NCBI GenBank assembly: GCA_951406725.2
Contig: OX597823.1
Coordinates: 38,068,001 to 38,132,000 of the forward strand
Direction of reading: 5' to 3'
DNA length: 64,000 nucleotides
DNA from: Octopus vulgaris
Taxonomy: Eukaryota
Under the pieces are notes generated by a model. It did not search any database, was not told where the DNA came from, and saw nothing but the letters and a program-made list of their open reading frames with translations. A program made the position numbers and the translations under genes. This document shows positions 25,375 through 38,116 of the stretch, one piece after another (positions within the stretch are counted from its first letter, which is position 1; every line of letters starts with the position of its first letter).

Positions 25375-28300
25375 TTTTGTATTTCCCACAAGGGGGCAAC
25401 ACAGAGGGGACAGTACAATCTGATATGAGGTCAGATTTAACGTATGAATTGTCACGAACTACTGAGTCGACGATGTGATCAATTTCAATGATCCACCTGA
25501 AGAAGCCAAGACCGAGGCCAAAACTGTGCTAGAATGGACACCAGGTAATGATGGTCTACCCTATGAAAAGCCTTTGATTGGTCTAAATGGACTACCGCCC
25601 CTCCCTTGCCAGAATCATTATTAAACCCCTCTACAGTGTACCGTAGAAGATGGAGATTATCCTGAATGGTTCTACCGGGAACGGCACATGTCTCTGCCTT
25701 CCTGATCAAGCCATCCGCGACACGCGCCAATCTTTTCGATAACACTTTGGCCAAAATCTTCAACTCTGTGTTTAGCAGAGTGATGGACCGAAAATTATCA
25801 ATGCAATCCCCCTTGTTCGGGTCCTTTCTGATAAGCATCACCACTTCCCGGCGCACAGATCTGGGAAAGAACGCTTCCTGCTGCCAGTTCGCATAGACAT
25901 TCGCCAGCAGGTGCCCGAACAAGTCTGGCATACTCTTATACAGTTCATAGGGTAGACCATCCAGTCCCGGCGCCCTATCCGCTATAGCCTCAATTACCTC
26001 TGCAGGCGTGATCGGCACTTCATAACACTCCGCGTCCTGCCCCGAGAGGTGCGACAGCCAGTCGAGGAAGTCCGTTAGGTTCTTCCTACTGTCGCCCTCC
26101 CCCCGAAAAGCTGGGCGAAGTGGTCCTGAAAGACCTCACACATCTCGGGCTCGTTTATCAACTAACCTCATTGGTTCGTCAAAGATCAAATTGTACCATC
26201 GTTGCCACGTTGGGCTTAGGGTTAGGGTTTGGCCTTGATTCCTTCCCAACCTAATGCACGAATCCTAACTCTGACAATTCAACCCATATGCTGGTTTAAC
26301 GACAGTCACTTGGCCGTCACCTGAGCTGCAGAGCCAGATTCCATTGCTTCCTCTAAGTCCTTAGTTCATGCTAATTCCTTCCTAGTCTCTCTAACCACTA
26401 AACCTATGCTATATCTAATGGCTCACTTGAGGGCATACCACCATTTGTTATTAATAACAGATCCTGTTAATGCCTTCTGAATCAATAACTTAATCCTGTC
26501 CCTGTACTCCTCAATCGCCAAAAGGGACGTATTAAGTTTCCAGTAGCCGGATCCTCTATTATATAACTTATCTATATCGAGCGTACAGGTGATCATTTTA
26601 TGATCACTGTATCTGACCGGGGAAAACTGTGGACACCTAGCAATATCCTTATCTGCTTTTCTAATTAACACCCTATCTCGGTATGACTTGGAAGATTCGT
26701 CGCTGTTTGACCATGGAGCGTTCGGAAATTCCAGCCTATAAGGATCTGCTAGCTCATAGCAGTTCCAGGAAGCAAGTCAACACGAATCAACATACACGTG
26801 CGTCGCAGATTGTGTTATAGTCTTCTAGCACAACTAAAGAATGTGATGTACCGAGAAACTTCTCCAGGTTCCGAAAATACTCACTTTGTCCGTTTTCAGC
26901 GGGTGCATAAATTGCAACCAGTCTGATAATCTTACCACGACTGAGCGTCAAATCCACGACGACCAGCCTACCTTCTGGATCTAAAAAAATTAATTTTTTC
27001 TCAGAAACCCGGTTTCTTTTTAATATTATCATCTTAATCCGGTCTCTGTACACCTTAATCGCCAAAAGGGATGTATTAAGTTTCCAGTAGCCGGGACCTC
27101 TATATAACTTATCTATGTCGAGCATACAGGTGACCATCTTGTGATCACTGTAGCTGACTGGATAAAACTGTGGACACCTAGCTATCTTCTTATCTACTTT
27201 TCTAATTAATACGCTATCTAGATAAGACCTAGAAGATCCATCGCTATTTGCCCATGTCCACAATGGAGCATTCGGAAATTTCAGTCTGTATGGATCTATC
27301 AGCTCAAAACGTCTTAGTAGATCCTGGAAGCAAGCATTACTTCTCCTATTAACACACGATCCAACATAATCTACGCGTGAATCGCAGATTGTGTTATTGT
27401 CTCCTAACACAACTAAGGGATGTGATGTACCGAGAAACTTCTCTAGGTTCCGATAATACTCAGTTTGCCCCGTATCTTGAGGTGCATAAATTGCAACCAG
27501 TTTGATAGTCTTACAACGGCTGAACGTCAAGTCAATGACGACCAGCCTACCTTCTGGATCTGCAAAAATCAACTTTTTCTCTTTTTAATAGGACCAACAC
27601 CCCGCTCCCGCTATGACGACAGCACGGAGAGATGAAACTCTCGTAACCGTCAAACAGCGGGAGCAGATCTTTTGGCCCCTTCAAACTTCTGTAGTAACAT
27701 CTAAATCCCGTGACCTGACGTCATTTAGGAGGCGTCCTTGCTTCCAACTAGACGTCAGGCAACGCACATTTATACATCCAACGTGAATGCTTGACATGGA
27801 CTTACCTTAGTCAGTGGTACTCTCTTTTTCACTGGTTCGTGGGGGTAATATTCTGACATAGGTCCTCGTACACTAACTCGTTAAAATCAAGTCTCGAAGG
27901 ACCCATGTCAGTTCGGTGGTAGTTTTTTAAGACGCGATAGTTCATTTATCTATTTTATAAATGGCAATATTTTCTGGAGATTTGTGGTGATGCTTGTAAA
28001 TTGACGCCGTTGGTATTAGCTTTAACCTTTTTTTTTAATTGTTCGTTATCATTGTTTATTGCAGCCAGTATTTCCTTATATTCGTTAGATTTTCTTGGAC
28101 TTGATATCGAGGACAGATAGCCTAGGCTTGGCGGGTGAGGGGTGATATCTGAGAAAGGGGGGAAATCCGAACTAGAGGGGCAAGGGGGGGGACTCATTGC
28201 CGAGGGGGGAATAGGATGGGGAGGAATCTGATATTGTTGACTTTTGGGGGGAATAGTGGTGGGGTGAGGTAATTTTTTTTAGTGTTCTGAGTTTTTCTTT

Positions 28301-29045
28301 TGGTTGTTGTAGGGTTAGATTGGTTGTTATTATTTCCCTTTTTTTGGTTCTTACTACCGACCAGCCGTCCTTTCCCCCGGCTTGTTGAACACCATCAGTG
28401 CCGGAGTTCTGCTGGTTGGTCTTTCGTTCTTTTTTTCTTCTCCTTTCTCCTTGGGGGTGAAGCAGTTTACCCGAATGTGACTTTTTTCTCCACATTCGTA
28501 GCATCTGGGTTTCCTGCCCTCCACCATTACCCGCAAGGTGGTTTCTCCGATGTGAATGTTCTCTGCAATTTCTTCTAACGTCTGGGGGTGGGGGGACGCT
28601 TGGACTATGGTCTCTAGCTCTTGGCCCCGCCAGTTCTGTTGTTGCATTCTGGAAGCTTCAATCATCTTGATTTTATCCTCAAGCCCCATTAGAAGGGCTG
28701 AGATAATCCAGATGTAATTTATTTCTGGTGGGGTTTCCTCAATAAGTACTTTTGATGTTCTCCTACCCATATAAGTTGGTAATAAAATGACTTCATTGGT
28801 TCTTATTGGTTGGAGCGAGTGTTTTATAGCCATTTCCTCATTTTTGAAGTACACCACTACTGTGACGCATCTTCTCCCTTTGGTCAATAACTCGATGTCT
28901 TGACAGATGGGTTGTAGACACTTCTCGATTTGTTCTTTGTATGCCTTGTCTATTTTCTTGTCTTTTATTATCATTGTCTTATATGTTACTATTTTCCTCT
29001 TTGTTTCTTCGATGAGTTCGTTAGGGAGGATGGCTTTAACATCAA
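25375..29045 (-). mobile_element. Tx1/L1-clade LINE (ORF1 with zinc knuckle, ORF2 APE plus partial RT), rearranged
   Basis: ORF1 CYECGEKSHIRVNC (28354-28974); endonuclease motifs IYAP, LGD.N, SYLD, SDH and GYWKLN; RT motifs APGLDGLP, FRSITLLN..LKILAK and LDQSKAF; 3' tail at about 25380-25420. Confidence 0.9.
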
Positions 29046-29049
29046 AACC

Positions 29050-29663
29050 GGATCTTTACCTTTTGACATACTGATTTTAAAAATAATTTTTTGTAACTAA
29101 ACACTTTCAAACTTCGGACACAGGCAGAATGTGTCATATAAAAGCATTTTTGAGAAAAACTTATATTTACGAAGTTATTTCACGTCAAAGTTCTTGTATT
29201 TCGGTAATTTCAACCAATCAATGACGTGTATTCAGCTGAATAAAATTATTGCCGTTGTTTGTCTACAACTATCAGCGGTGTATTTTTCATTTGTCACTGA
29301 TATTTATGACATCGTTCGTGCGTTTTTAGTGGTTTTAAGGTTTTAGGGTTAGGGTTACGGTTACGGTTTTAGGGCTAGGGTTAGGGTTTTCATAAATAAC
29401 AATGACAAACGAAATATACACCGCCGGAAGTTCTTGTTGACAAACAACAGCAGTAATTTTATTCAGCTGAATACACGTCATTAGTTGAAATTACCGAAAT
29501 ACGATAACTTGGACGTGAAATAACTTCGTAAATATAAATTTTTCTCAAAAATGCTAAGAGAAAAAGATATTTTATATGACACATTCTACTAGTGTCCGAA
29601 GTTTGAAAGTATTTAGTTACAAAAAATTATTTTTTAAATCTGTAGGTCAAAAGGTAAAGATCC
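29050..29663. mobile_element. Fold-back MITE with long inverted arms and a central TTAGGG-like tract
   Basis: Ends GGATCTTTACCTTTTGAC...GTCAAAAGGTAAAGATCC; arms of about 270 bp; TTAGGG/TTACGG repeats at 29335-29388. Confidence 0.85.
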
Positions 29664-29880
29664 ACTTTTTTTAACTTCATTGAAAACAAATGTAGTAACC
29701 GTTAACCTCGTTTTGGTTGGGAACTTTTAGGAAAATGGGTTATTTTTAATGAAATTTTATAGAAATACATTACGATTATAAAGTAATTTGTGGGAAAAAA
29801 CTTTTCCAAAGGGTGGGGGAGAGGACTTCGGAAAAGTCACAAGATCCAAGTTTTTTCCTCGTAACTATATATATATATGT

Positions 29881-30292
29881 GGGATCTTTTCGGTTTGAAC
29901 GGCAGTTTTTAACATAATTTCTAGGTAACTAAAAAATGTTAAACTTCGTATACTGGTAGAATGTGTTTATAAAACATATTTTTCTCTTGGCTTTATTGAG
30001 AAAATGCTATAGTTTGTAAGATATGTGTTGTTTTTTTCTTCAATTTCTGCAGTTTCAACCAATCACTGACGTCTATTGTGGTAAAAAACATTCTGTGCCG
30101 TATGAATATGTCCCTCGTTTAAGAAACAGATTGGGTCTATTTACATTTGTGAAGAAAAAAATGATACCCTTCCCCCCACCCTAACCCTAAAACAGATTGA
30201 AATGCAATATATCGATACTAGGGTCATAATTATGGGTGACAATTTCATATAACACCACTAGAAAAAACTGCCGTTCAAACCGAAAAGATCCC
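29881..30292. mobile_element. MITE with TIRs of about 30 bp
   Basis: GGGATCTTTTCGGTTTGAACGGCAGTTTTT ... AAAAACTGCCGTTCAAACCGAAAAGATCCC; internal CCCTAACCCTAA. Confidence 0.85.
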
Positions 30293-30424
30293 GGGAGGGC
30301 ATTGGCCCCATAAAAAGTTCTTACATCGAATGAAATTAGTTTTGAAGAACTAGATAATTTCCGACGCTATTCTACACGATCACCCTACAACAATTGACCC
30401 CCCCCCCACTTAGGGATTTTTTTT

Positions 30425-30762
30425 TTCTGCAAAAAAAATCTGCATTTCAAAATTTTAATTCCTCCTACACCCTCACCATTTTCCTAAACTTTCACTTTTT
30501 AAAAAAATTTCTTTTGCCGAAATACGCAGAAAAATACGGAGATTATGATTGTGAAAAAAAAATTGTAAAAGTTCAATTTTTCAAAAGAAAAAAAATAATA
30601 AAGGCGCAAGAGTGGCTGTGTGGTAAGTAGCTTGCTAACCAACCACATGGTTCCGGGTTCAGTCCCACTGCGTGGCATCTTGGGCAAGTGTCTTCTGCTA
30701 TAGCCTCGGGCCGACCAAAGCCTTGTGAGTGGATTTGGTAGACGGAAACTGAAAGAAGCCCG

Positions 30763-30842
<80 letters not shown>

Positions 30843-31651
30843 ATGTTTGTGTGTCTGTGTTTGTCCCTCTAGCATTGCTTGACAACCGATGCTGATGTGT
30901 TTACGTCCCCGTCACTTAGCGGTTCGGCAAAAGAGACCGATAGAATAAGTACTGGGCTTACAAAGAATAAGTCCCGGGGTCGATTTGCTCGACTAAAGGC
31001 GGTGCTCCAGTATGGCCGCAGTCAAATGACTGAAACAAGTAAAAGAGAGAGTAACCCCCTCCCTTCGTCCTATGACAAGAAGTGAAATTAAAGTGCTATC
31101 TCTACTAATGTTCCATAGAGTTATAAAATAGCAGACGCAAAAAGTATCTAAACAGCAAACCTGACATGCTAGAAACACGTTTTCAAAATTTTAACACGAT
31201 TTACCAAAGAAAGAGTTTCAAAATTTAAATCCGCTCCAACTGGAAATCTGACAAGCTAGAAACAACAGCCAAACCGAGGATCAACTTTGTAAATACGAAT
31301 TACCAAAAGAGAAAAAAAAAATTAATATCGTTTAGTTGTGTGTACATAAAATCTAATTTTTACGTTGACCACATGTTGGGCTATGGTTCGTCAGGAAAAC
31401 ATTAGTAGAGAGAACGCTTTAGTTTCACTTCTTGTGATAGGACGAAGGGGAGGGGGTGTTTATTTAATCTATTTTTTGCTTTGAAAAATTGAAATTTTAC
31501 AAAATTGTTTTTTCTGAATCATAATCTCTGTATTTTTCTACATATTTTGCCCCACCCCCACCCCAAAACTTTTAAAAAAAAGTGAAAATTTAAGAAATTT
31601 AGATGAGGGAAGGGGGATTTAAATTTTGAAATGCAGATTTTTTTTTGCAGA
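30425..31651. mobile_element. Diverged fold-back element with a SINE inserted in the left arm
   Basis: 30425-30600 plus 31053-31113 are the inverted counterpart of about 31395-31651. Confidence 0.7.
30603..31050 (+). mobile_element. tRNA-derived SINE (family A), well preserved, with internal (TA)n
   Basis: A box TGGCTGTGTGG, B box GGTTCAGTCCC, CORE-like CTTGGGCAAGTG and tail GAAACAAGTAAAAGAG; many copies in the window. Confidence 0.9.
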
Positions 31652-31894
31652 TTCGGAATCTCCGCACTAGACATAGTGGGTTCCTGTAAAAAACAAAAAT
31701 CCCAAAGGATGTGCGGTCCATTGCTTTTACCTCCGCCCAACTATTTAATTGTTCAAATGCCAGTTACGTTATGTACGCAACTGAGTTCATTAAGAATTGA
31801 TTTAGTTTAAGTATGTTTACTTAAGTATAAGTATGATTACTATCGGATCATATTGTGTACACAATTATATCGACAAAGACAAAAAAATAAATAA

Positions 31895-32036
31895 AAATGC
31901 GTGACGACGAGACAAAGTAATTGAGAGATGTGGTGACAAACAGCTGGCTAATAGCTTCGCAGTGTTTAGGTTAGCTAAATCACGTGCTAAAATGGCGAAA
32001 TGAAATACACGTGTGCTTCCATACATGAAACTTTGA
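31895..32036 (+). promoter_or_regulatory. Candidate MOCS2 promoter and 5' leader
   Basis: E-boxes CACGTG at 31981 and 32008, YY1-like AAAATGGCG at 31989-31997, TGACG half-site at about 31902, CpG enrichment just upstream of exon 1. Confidence 0.55.
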
Positions 32037-32075
32037 ATGGACTACTCATTTGCAGAAAAAGAAGACCTAGTGAAG
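32037..32075 (+). CDS. MOCS2: MOCS2A (molybdopterin synthase sulfur carrier) exon 1
   Basis: ATG...MDYSFAEKEDLVK followed by the donor AAG|GTATGT; phase 0 matches exon 2; promoter-like context. Assigned by context, not homology. Confidence 0.65.
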
Positions 32076-32851
32076 GTATGTTTAACATTCCCCTGGCGGT
32101 GTTTTACAACAGATGTCCTTCGAATCTCACGACAGAAAAGTAGTTTTTTTGCTTTCTTATTTTTTAAGCATTCTCAGATTTCATAAGGCGGAAACTGCGA
32201 TTCTATGAAAACCTCAATTTTAGTTCTTATACTTTACTTTTACTCCGCATTTCTTCCCCGTTATGTATGGGACTTTGGAGGAGAGGTTGATCCTAACTCC
32301 GAACATTTCCACTGTCGCGTTGACTAGTATACAGTTATGTTACATCTTCTGTCTCATAACTTATCTCATTCTTTGCGGATTTCTTTTTTGAGTGTTTACA
32401 ACGAATAATAATATGACAAATAATGGGAAAATGAAAAATATATAATTTGAAAAATATTTATGATAGTAATTCTTGTTTCTGGCATAAGCACAAGGCCAGT
32501 AATTTTGAGGGGTGTATGTTAGTCGATCATGGCCTTTGACGGGCCCTTTCGACACCCAGATGGGTGAATGGCAAAGTTATCGCAAATGTACGAATCCGAA
32601 AAAATATTTGTGACGTCTGTGACAAAAGTTGACACCGGCGGGATGTGACTTCAGAAAGTAAAAAGTCGAAACAAACACCACAAGGATATTTTGTAACAAT
32701 AGTATGTCTTTAATAATAAAAATAATCCTAACATATATACAAGACTGGTTATTAATTGATGACTGCTGCCTTATTGTGTGTGTGTTATTGTAAACAAATG
32801 TCATCAATGTAAGTTGCGTTAGAGGTCACGCGTTCACAGATCCTGAAATAC

Positions 32852-33660
32852 TAATTTCTTTATTAACCATAAGGTTGAGAAAAAGAGGGGACGATACGAG
32901 GACAGACAAAACAAACATTGGGGTCTGGGTATCGAATGAGACGAAACGTATGAATAAACAAACAATTACAATATATACAATTAAATGAGAATGAGTGATT
33001 TACGAGAAATTAAGCGGAGGACACGGCCGACCCCACAAACTACATACACTGAAGACTTTGCTTTCTCCCTTTTATATTCTCATTTGAACAGGTTCTTTCA
33101 CTCGCAACATACGTGCTATATATTTCCATCTTTTACGAAACACACTTTGCGACAGGCATTTCTTCTCCAGCCTTATTTTCCGTTTCATGTGGGAAACGAA
33201 AAAGTCGATTAACTCGAGACTGGAGATGAACATGCCTGTTGCAATTCCTTTCACTCTCGTATTCCATACTACCTCTTTCGCAACAGCAACTACCGAGAGA
33301 AAACCGGCTCGCTCCTCCCTATTCAGGGAGGTCGGCGGAACTATCTTAATTACAGATTCGCTCGACAGTTGCACTCTTCTCGAATGCGATAGCAGGTATT
33401 CGACATAATCCCAGAGCTCAGTCACCTTGGGGCATTGCACAATCGCGTGCAGAACCTGTTCTGCTCGCATCTTGCACAAACCGGCGAAGGCGCACACCCT
33501 TGTCTAAAGAGCTTATCTCGAACCGGTAAAGCTCCTCTGTAACATTGCCAGGCCAGGAGTCATTTGAACAAACGAGGTATCTCCACGCAGCAGCTTCACT
33601 TGCTAATTCTCCCGCATATCTTTCCCTACCCCTGCTACCTTAAAACGAGAAAGACATTGG
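32852..33660 (-). mobile_element. Tx1/L1-clade LINE 3' end (C-terminal zinc-binding region plus 3' UTR)
   Basis: LAWQCYRGALPVRDKL and LC...HAIVQCPKVTELWDYV; tail ends in AATAAAGAAAT. Confidence 0.8.
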
Positions 33661-33806
33661 GGCGATCTTTCGTTTTGACTTGGAGAACTGTCATCTGGGA
33701 TCTTTAATTTCCGTAAAAAATTTAAATTTCCTTTTGAAAGATGTATGTACGTGTATATGAAATGGGCGTGTGAGAAAGAGTAAGTGAAAAGGTGCGTTGT
33801 TATGTA

Positions 33807-34175
33807 GGCGCTGGAGTGGCTGTGTGGTAAGTAGCTTGCTTACCAACCACATGGTTCTGGGTTCATTCCCACTGCGTGGCACCTTGGGCAAGTGTCTTCT
33901 ACTATAGCCTCGGGCCGACCAAAGCCTTGTGAGTGGATTTGGTAGACGGAAACTGAAAGAAGCCCGTCGTATATATATATGTATATGTGTGTGTGTCTGT
34001 GTTTGTCCCCCAACATCGCTTGACAACCGATGCTGGTGTGTTTACGTTCGGCAAAAAAGAGACCGATAGAATAAGTACTAGGCTTCCAAAGAATAAATCC
34101 TGGGGTCGATTTGCTTGACTAAAGGCAGTGCTCTAGCATGGCCGCAATCAAATGACTGAAACAAGTAAAAGAGAG
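33807..34175 (+). mobile_element. SINE family A
   Basis: Nearly identical to 30603-31050. Confidence 0.9.
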
Positions 34176-34559
34176 TATACGTACGTACATTAATACATAT
34201 GCATACATCTCTTTGTATGTGCGTGTGTGTTTGTGCGTGAACGTGTGTTTTCATGTAAGTGAAACACTCTCCCTCTCTGTCTCACACACACACACACACA
34301 CAAACAGGCCCATTTCATATACGCGTTCATACATCTTTCACTTTCTCCTCTCTTTCACTTAAAAACAAACGTAGATAAATAAAAATTCTTACGGAATTTA
34401 GCGAACAAAACAGCTGATCCAGATGACAGTTTGTTGACAACTTTGTGAGGTATTACGAAACATCCCCAACAGGTTGAAAATTCGTTGTACAACGTGCTCT
34501 TGCATCTAATTTTTATATTGACCTTTATATATATAAATATATAGATATATAAATATCTA

Positions 34560-35340
34560 TGCATATAGGCCATGACTGCGGAAGACATGCGTACGCTTGA
34601 AAGCTAGCTTGAACCGCTGGATGTGTAATGTCAGTGTGCACGCACGACAGAAGGTAAGCGCCCTGAGAGAAATGCTGGACATAAGCATCTGATGTGGTGT
34701 GCAGGAGAGATGTTTGCGTTGGTATGGTCATGTACTGCGGATGGATGAGGAGAGATGTGTGAAGAAGTGCCACTCCCAAACAGTTGAAGGAATCTGGAGT
34801 AGAGGTAGACCCTGGAAGACATGGGATGAGGTGGTCAAGCATGACCATCGAATGTTGGGCCTCACAGAGGCAATGACGAAAGACCGAGACTTCTGGAGAG
34901 ATGCTGTGACTGCGAAGACCCGACAAATGAAGTGAGTTCGTGGCTCGCAGGACAGCCTGCTGTGCTTACCTTGGATCATGGGATGACCTGCTGTGATTGA
35001 GGAGACCTATTAAGTCAAGTCCATCAACATCAAAATAAAAATCAAATGGAAATTGTAGTTGTGAAACCACGTAAAAAGCACCATCCGAACGTGGCCGATG
35101 CCAGCGCTGCCTTGACTGGCGTCTGTACCGGTGGCATGTCAAAAGCACCAACTGATCGTGGACGTTGCCAGCCTCCTCTGGCTCCTATGCCGGTGGCACA
35201 TAAAAAGCACCCACTACACTCATGGAGTGGTTGGTGTTAGGAAGGGCATCCAGCTGTAGAAACACTGCCCGATCAGACTGGACCACGGTCGAACTGTCCA
35301 ACCCATGCTGGCATGGAAAACGGATGTTAAATGATGATGA
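34560..35340 (+). mobile_element. RTE LINE 3' fragment
   Basis: QERCLRWYGHVLRMDE...RGRPWKTWDEVVKHD, followed by the family 3' UTR ending in (ATG)n. Confidence 0.9.
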
Positions 35341-35349
35341 TATTAATTA

Positions 35350-36250
35350 ACTTTTTATTTTCAATTTTCCCTGTTATAATATGAAACAGCACGGCCTGGG
35401 GACTGTAAAGTTTTGTATAAAACAAATGGAGAACAGGACTTCTTTCTTTTTTAAGAAAAAGAGAAAGAAACAAAAAATACTAATAAATAAAATTTAAAAA
35501 AACAAAAAGAGAGAGAACAGGATGAATAATAAATAAATAAATAGAAAATAAAATAGACCACACACTCAATTGTCAATCACCCATAAAATCTCAATACAGT
35601 CCTACAAGAAGTAATACTAGAGGACTACCATGTGTTTACCAACTCAAGGTAGAGCCTCCATTTTTTATAAAATTCATCTTGCTTGTTTTCATTATATGAT
35701 CTGTTTTTTTTTTTTCAATTAGATATCTGTCATGCACAAAGCTTTCTAAAAGTTTGGAAGTTGAGTGTTTTTTGCCACTTAGCTTTTATATATAAAAAAA
35801 TTTTGCTAATAAAATTAGCAAGTCAAAGATGCCATCAGTATATGTGTTTTTTTCTCAATCCGAATAGAATGAACTGTGGGTCAAGTTTCATGTTGCGAAC
35901 ATGTATGCACTTTTCATACAGCAAATCTAAGAAGCATTGCCAGAAGACTTGTACACATTCACAATACCAGAAAATGTGTGACACCATCTCTACTTCACGT
36001 TAACAAAAAGTGCACAGGTTGCTTTCAGCCAGTTTAATCTTGAATAATACTCTTTTACTTGTTTCAGTCACTTGACTGCGGCCATGCTGGAGCACCGCCT
36101 TTAGTCAAGCAAATCGACCCCAGCATTTATTCTTTAGAAGCCTGGTACTTATTCTATTGGTCTCTTTTGCCGAACCGCTAAATTATGGGGACGTAAACAC
36201 ACCACCATCGGTTGTCAAGCGATGTTGGAGGGACAAACACAGACACACAA

Positions 36251-36283
<33 letters not shown>

Positions 36284-38110
36284 CATATATATGACAGGCT
36301 TCTTTCAGTTTCTGTCTACCAAATCCACTCACAAGACTTTGGTTAGCCCGAGGCTATAGTAGAAGACACTTGTCCAAGGTGCCACGCACTGGGACTGAAC
36401 CTGGAACCTTGTGGTATGTAAGCAAGCTACTTACCACACAGCCACTCTTGCGCCTTAGAGAATTAGTTGCTAAAATATTGTGTCTAATTCTAAACTGGAA
36501 CCATTGTAACCTAGTATCTGTTGTCTTTATAGGTAGTAAAAATATTTTTTCCCCATTCCAGTTCACCAAGTATACACTTTCCATTTATGTTTGAATATTA
36601 GACAAGTCTCAACATTGTTTAAAACATAGTAGTATCGTTTGGCACCTTTCCTAACAGGCATGAGCTTTTGGATAGCTGTATTATCCTCAGAATGTTTGCT
36701 TATTTTAAACTTTGTTTGGTAGCTTTTAATCACCCTGATAAGCCCATTATACTGGAGAAAATTTGTATCTAGTTTAAGTAAATTCTGGAATTCTTCCAGG
36801 GTAGGGTAAGATCCATGTAAATTGATAAAGTCACAAATCTTGCTAACACCTCTCTCAAACCATGCAGGTAAGAAGAGTGTCTCTTTTCCGACCCTTAAGT
36901 TTTTATTAAAGTAAATTTGTTCTGTTATGAATTCATCAAATGAATTAGGCTCCATCTTATTTGTAAACTTGTCAAAGGCAGAAATACAATCATCTGATAG
37001 TGTTAGCTAGTTTGCTCGGAAAAAGGTTACCAAATACAGCTAAAGTTTTCAGTTTTGTGGAGGAAGCATGGCATAAGAGTTTCAATATGGATTCATAGTG
37101 AATGTCCATCAACTTTCTCATCCAAGATAGTTTTAAAGAGTTGATGTAAACAAAAGCTTCTACCATACCAAGTCCACCTTCTTTAACAGGCTTACAAGCA
37201 AAAACTCTCTTAATTTTTCCGATTTTCCACTCCAGAGAAATTTAAATAATATTTTGTTTAGTTCGTGAAGAAATTTACCCGGTGGATTTGGTAGAGTAAG
37301 GAAGAGGTAGTTCAATTTTGAAATGAGTAGTGATTTTATAACTGCAATTCTACTCATTGGTGTAATTATTCTTTTCATCCTTCAATTAATTATTACCTGA
37401 ATTTCAAATAATTTATTTGCAAAATTCTTTTTGGCCATGTCCTTTAAATCTATTGAAAATATTACACCTAGAAACTTAAAGTGACTTGGGTTCCCTTTTA
37501 TATTTAAATTAGGTAAGTATCTGGCTTACACTACTCCTTCTTGAACCTATCCATATCACCTGGGACTTATCATAGTTAATTTTAAGCCTGGATATATCAA
37601 AAGAAATTCAAGGTGTCTACTGTAGCTTCTAAAGACTCTTGTGAACCATCTAAAATGAACTCTGAATCGTCAGCATATTGCGTTAACAGATATTCTCCAT
37701 CATCCACTGTAATTCTTTTAATATCTTGGTGTTTTTCTTATTAGACCAGCCAAGACCTCAACGCATAGGATAAAAATATATCAAGAGAGAGGATTGCCCT
37801 GTCTACATCCCCACTCATCAGGGAACCAAGGAGACAATGTACCGTTAATTAACAGGCAACATCTAGCACCATTGTACAGAATATTGAACCATCATGTCAT
37901 CATGTCATCACCAAAGCCAAAAAAAGCTAGTGTCTTGTTTATAAATGACCATGAAACAGAATCGAATGCTTTCTCAAAATCTATTAAAAACAACATTTCC
38001 AGTATGTCATTTGATTCTGTGTAGTTCATCAGATCATATATCAATCTTAGGTTGTCCCCAATGTATCTGTTAGATAGGAATCCTGTTTGAACAGTACTAA
38101 TCAACTTTGG
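35350..38110 (-). mobile_element. L1/Tx1-type LINE, 5'-truncated (RT to C-terminus), with a nested SINE
   Basis: QTGFLSNRYIGDNLRLIYD...IDFEKAFDSVSW, QYADD at about 37667-37681, KSLLISKLNYL and LQWFQFRIRHNILATN. Confidence 0.85.
36050..36454 (-). mobile_element. SINE family A nested in the LINE
   Basis: Reverse complement of 30603-31050. Confidence 0.9.
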
Positions 38111-38116
38111 AAGGAT

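Noticed and set aside
34440-34470. Hammerhead-like CTTTGTGAGGTATTACGAAAC
   Set aside because: The core is too degenerate and no flanking helices are evident.
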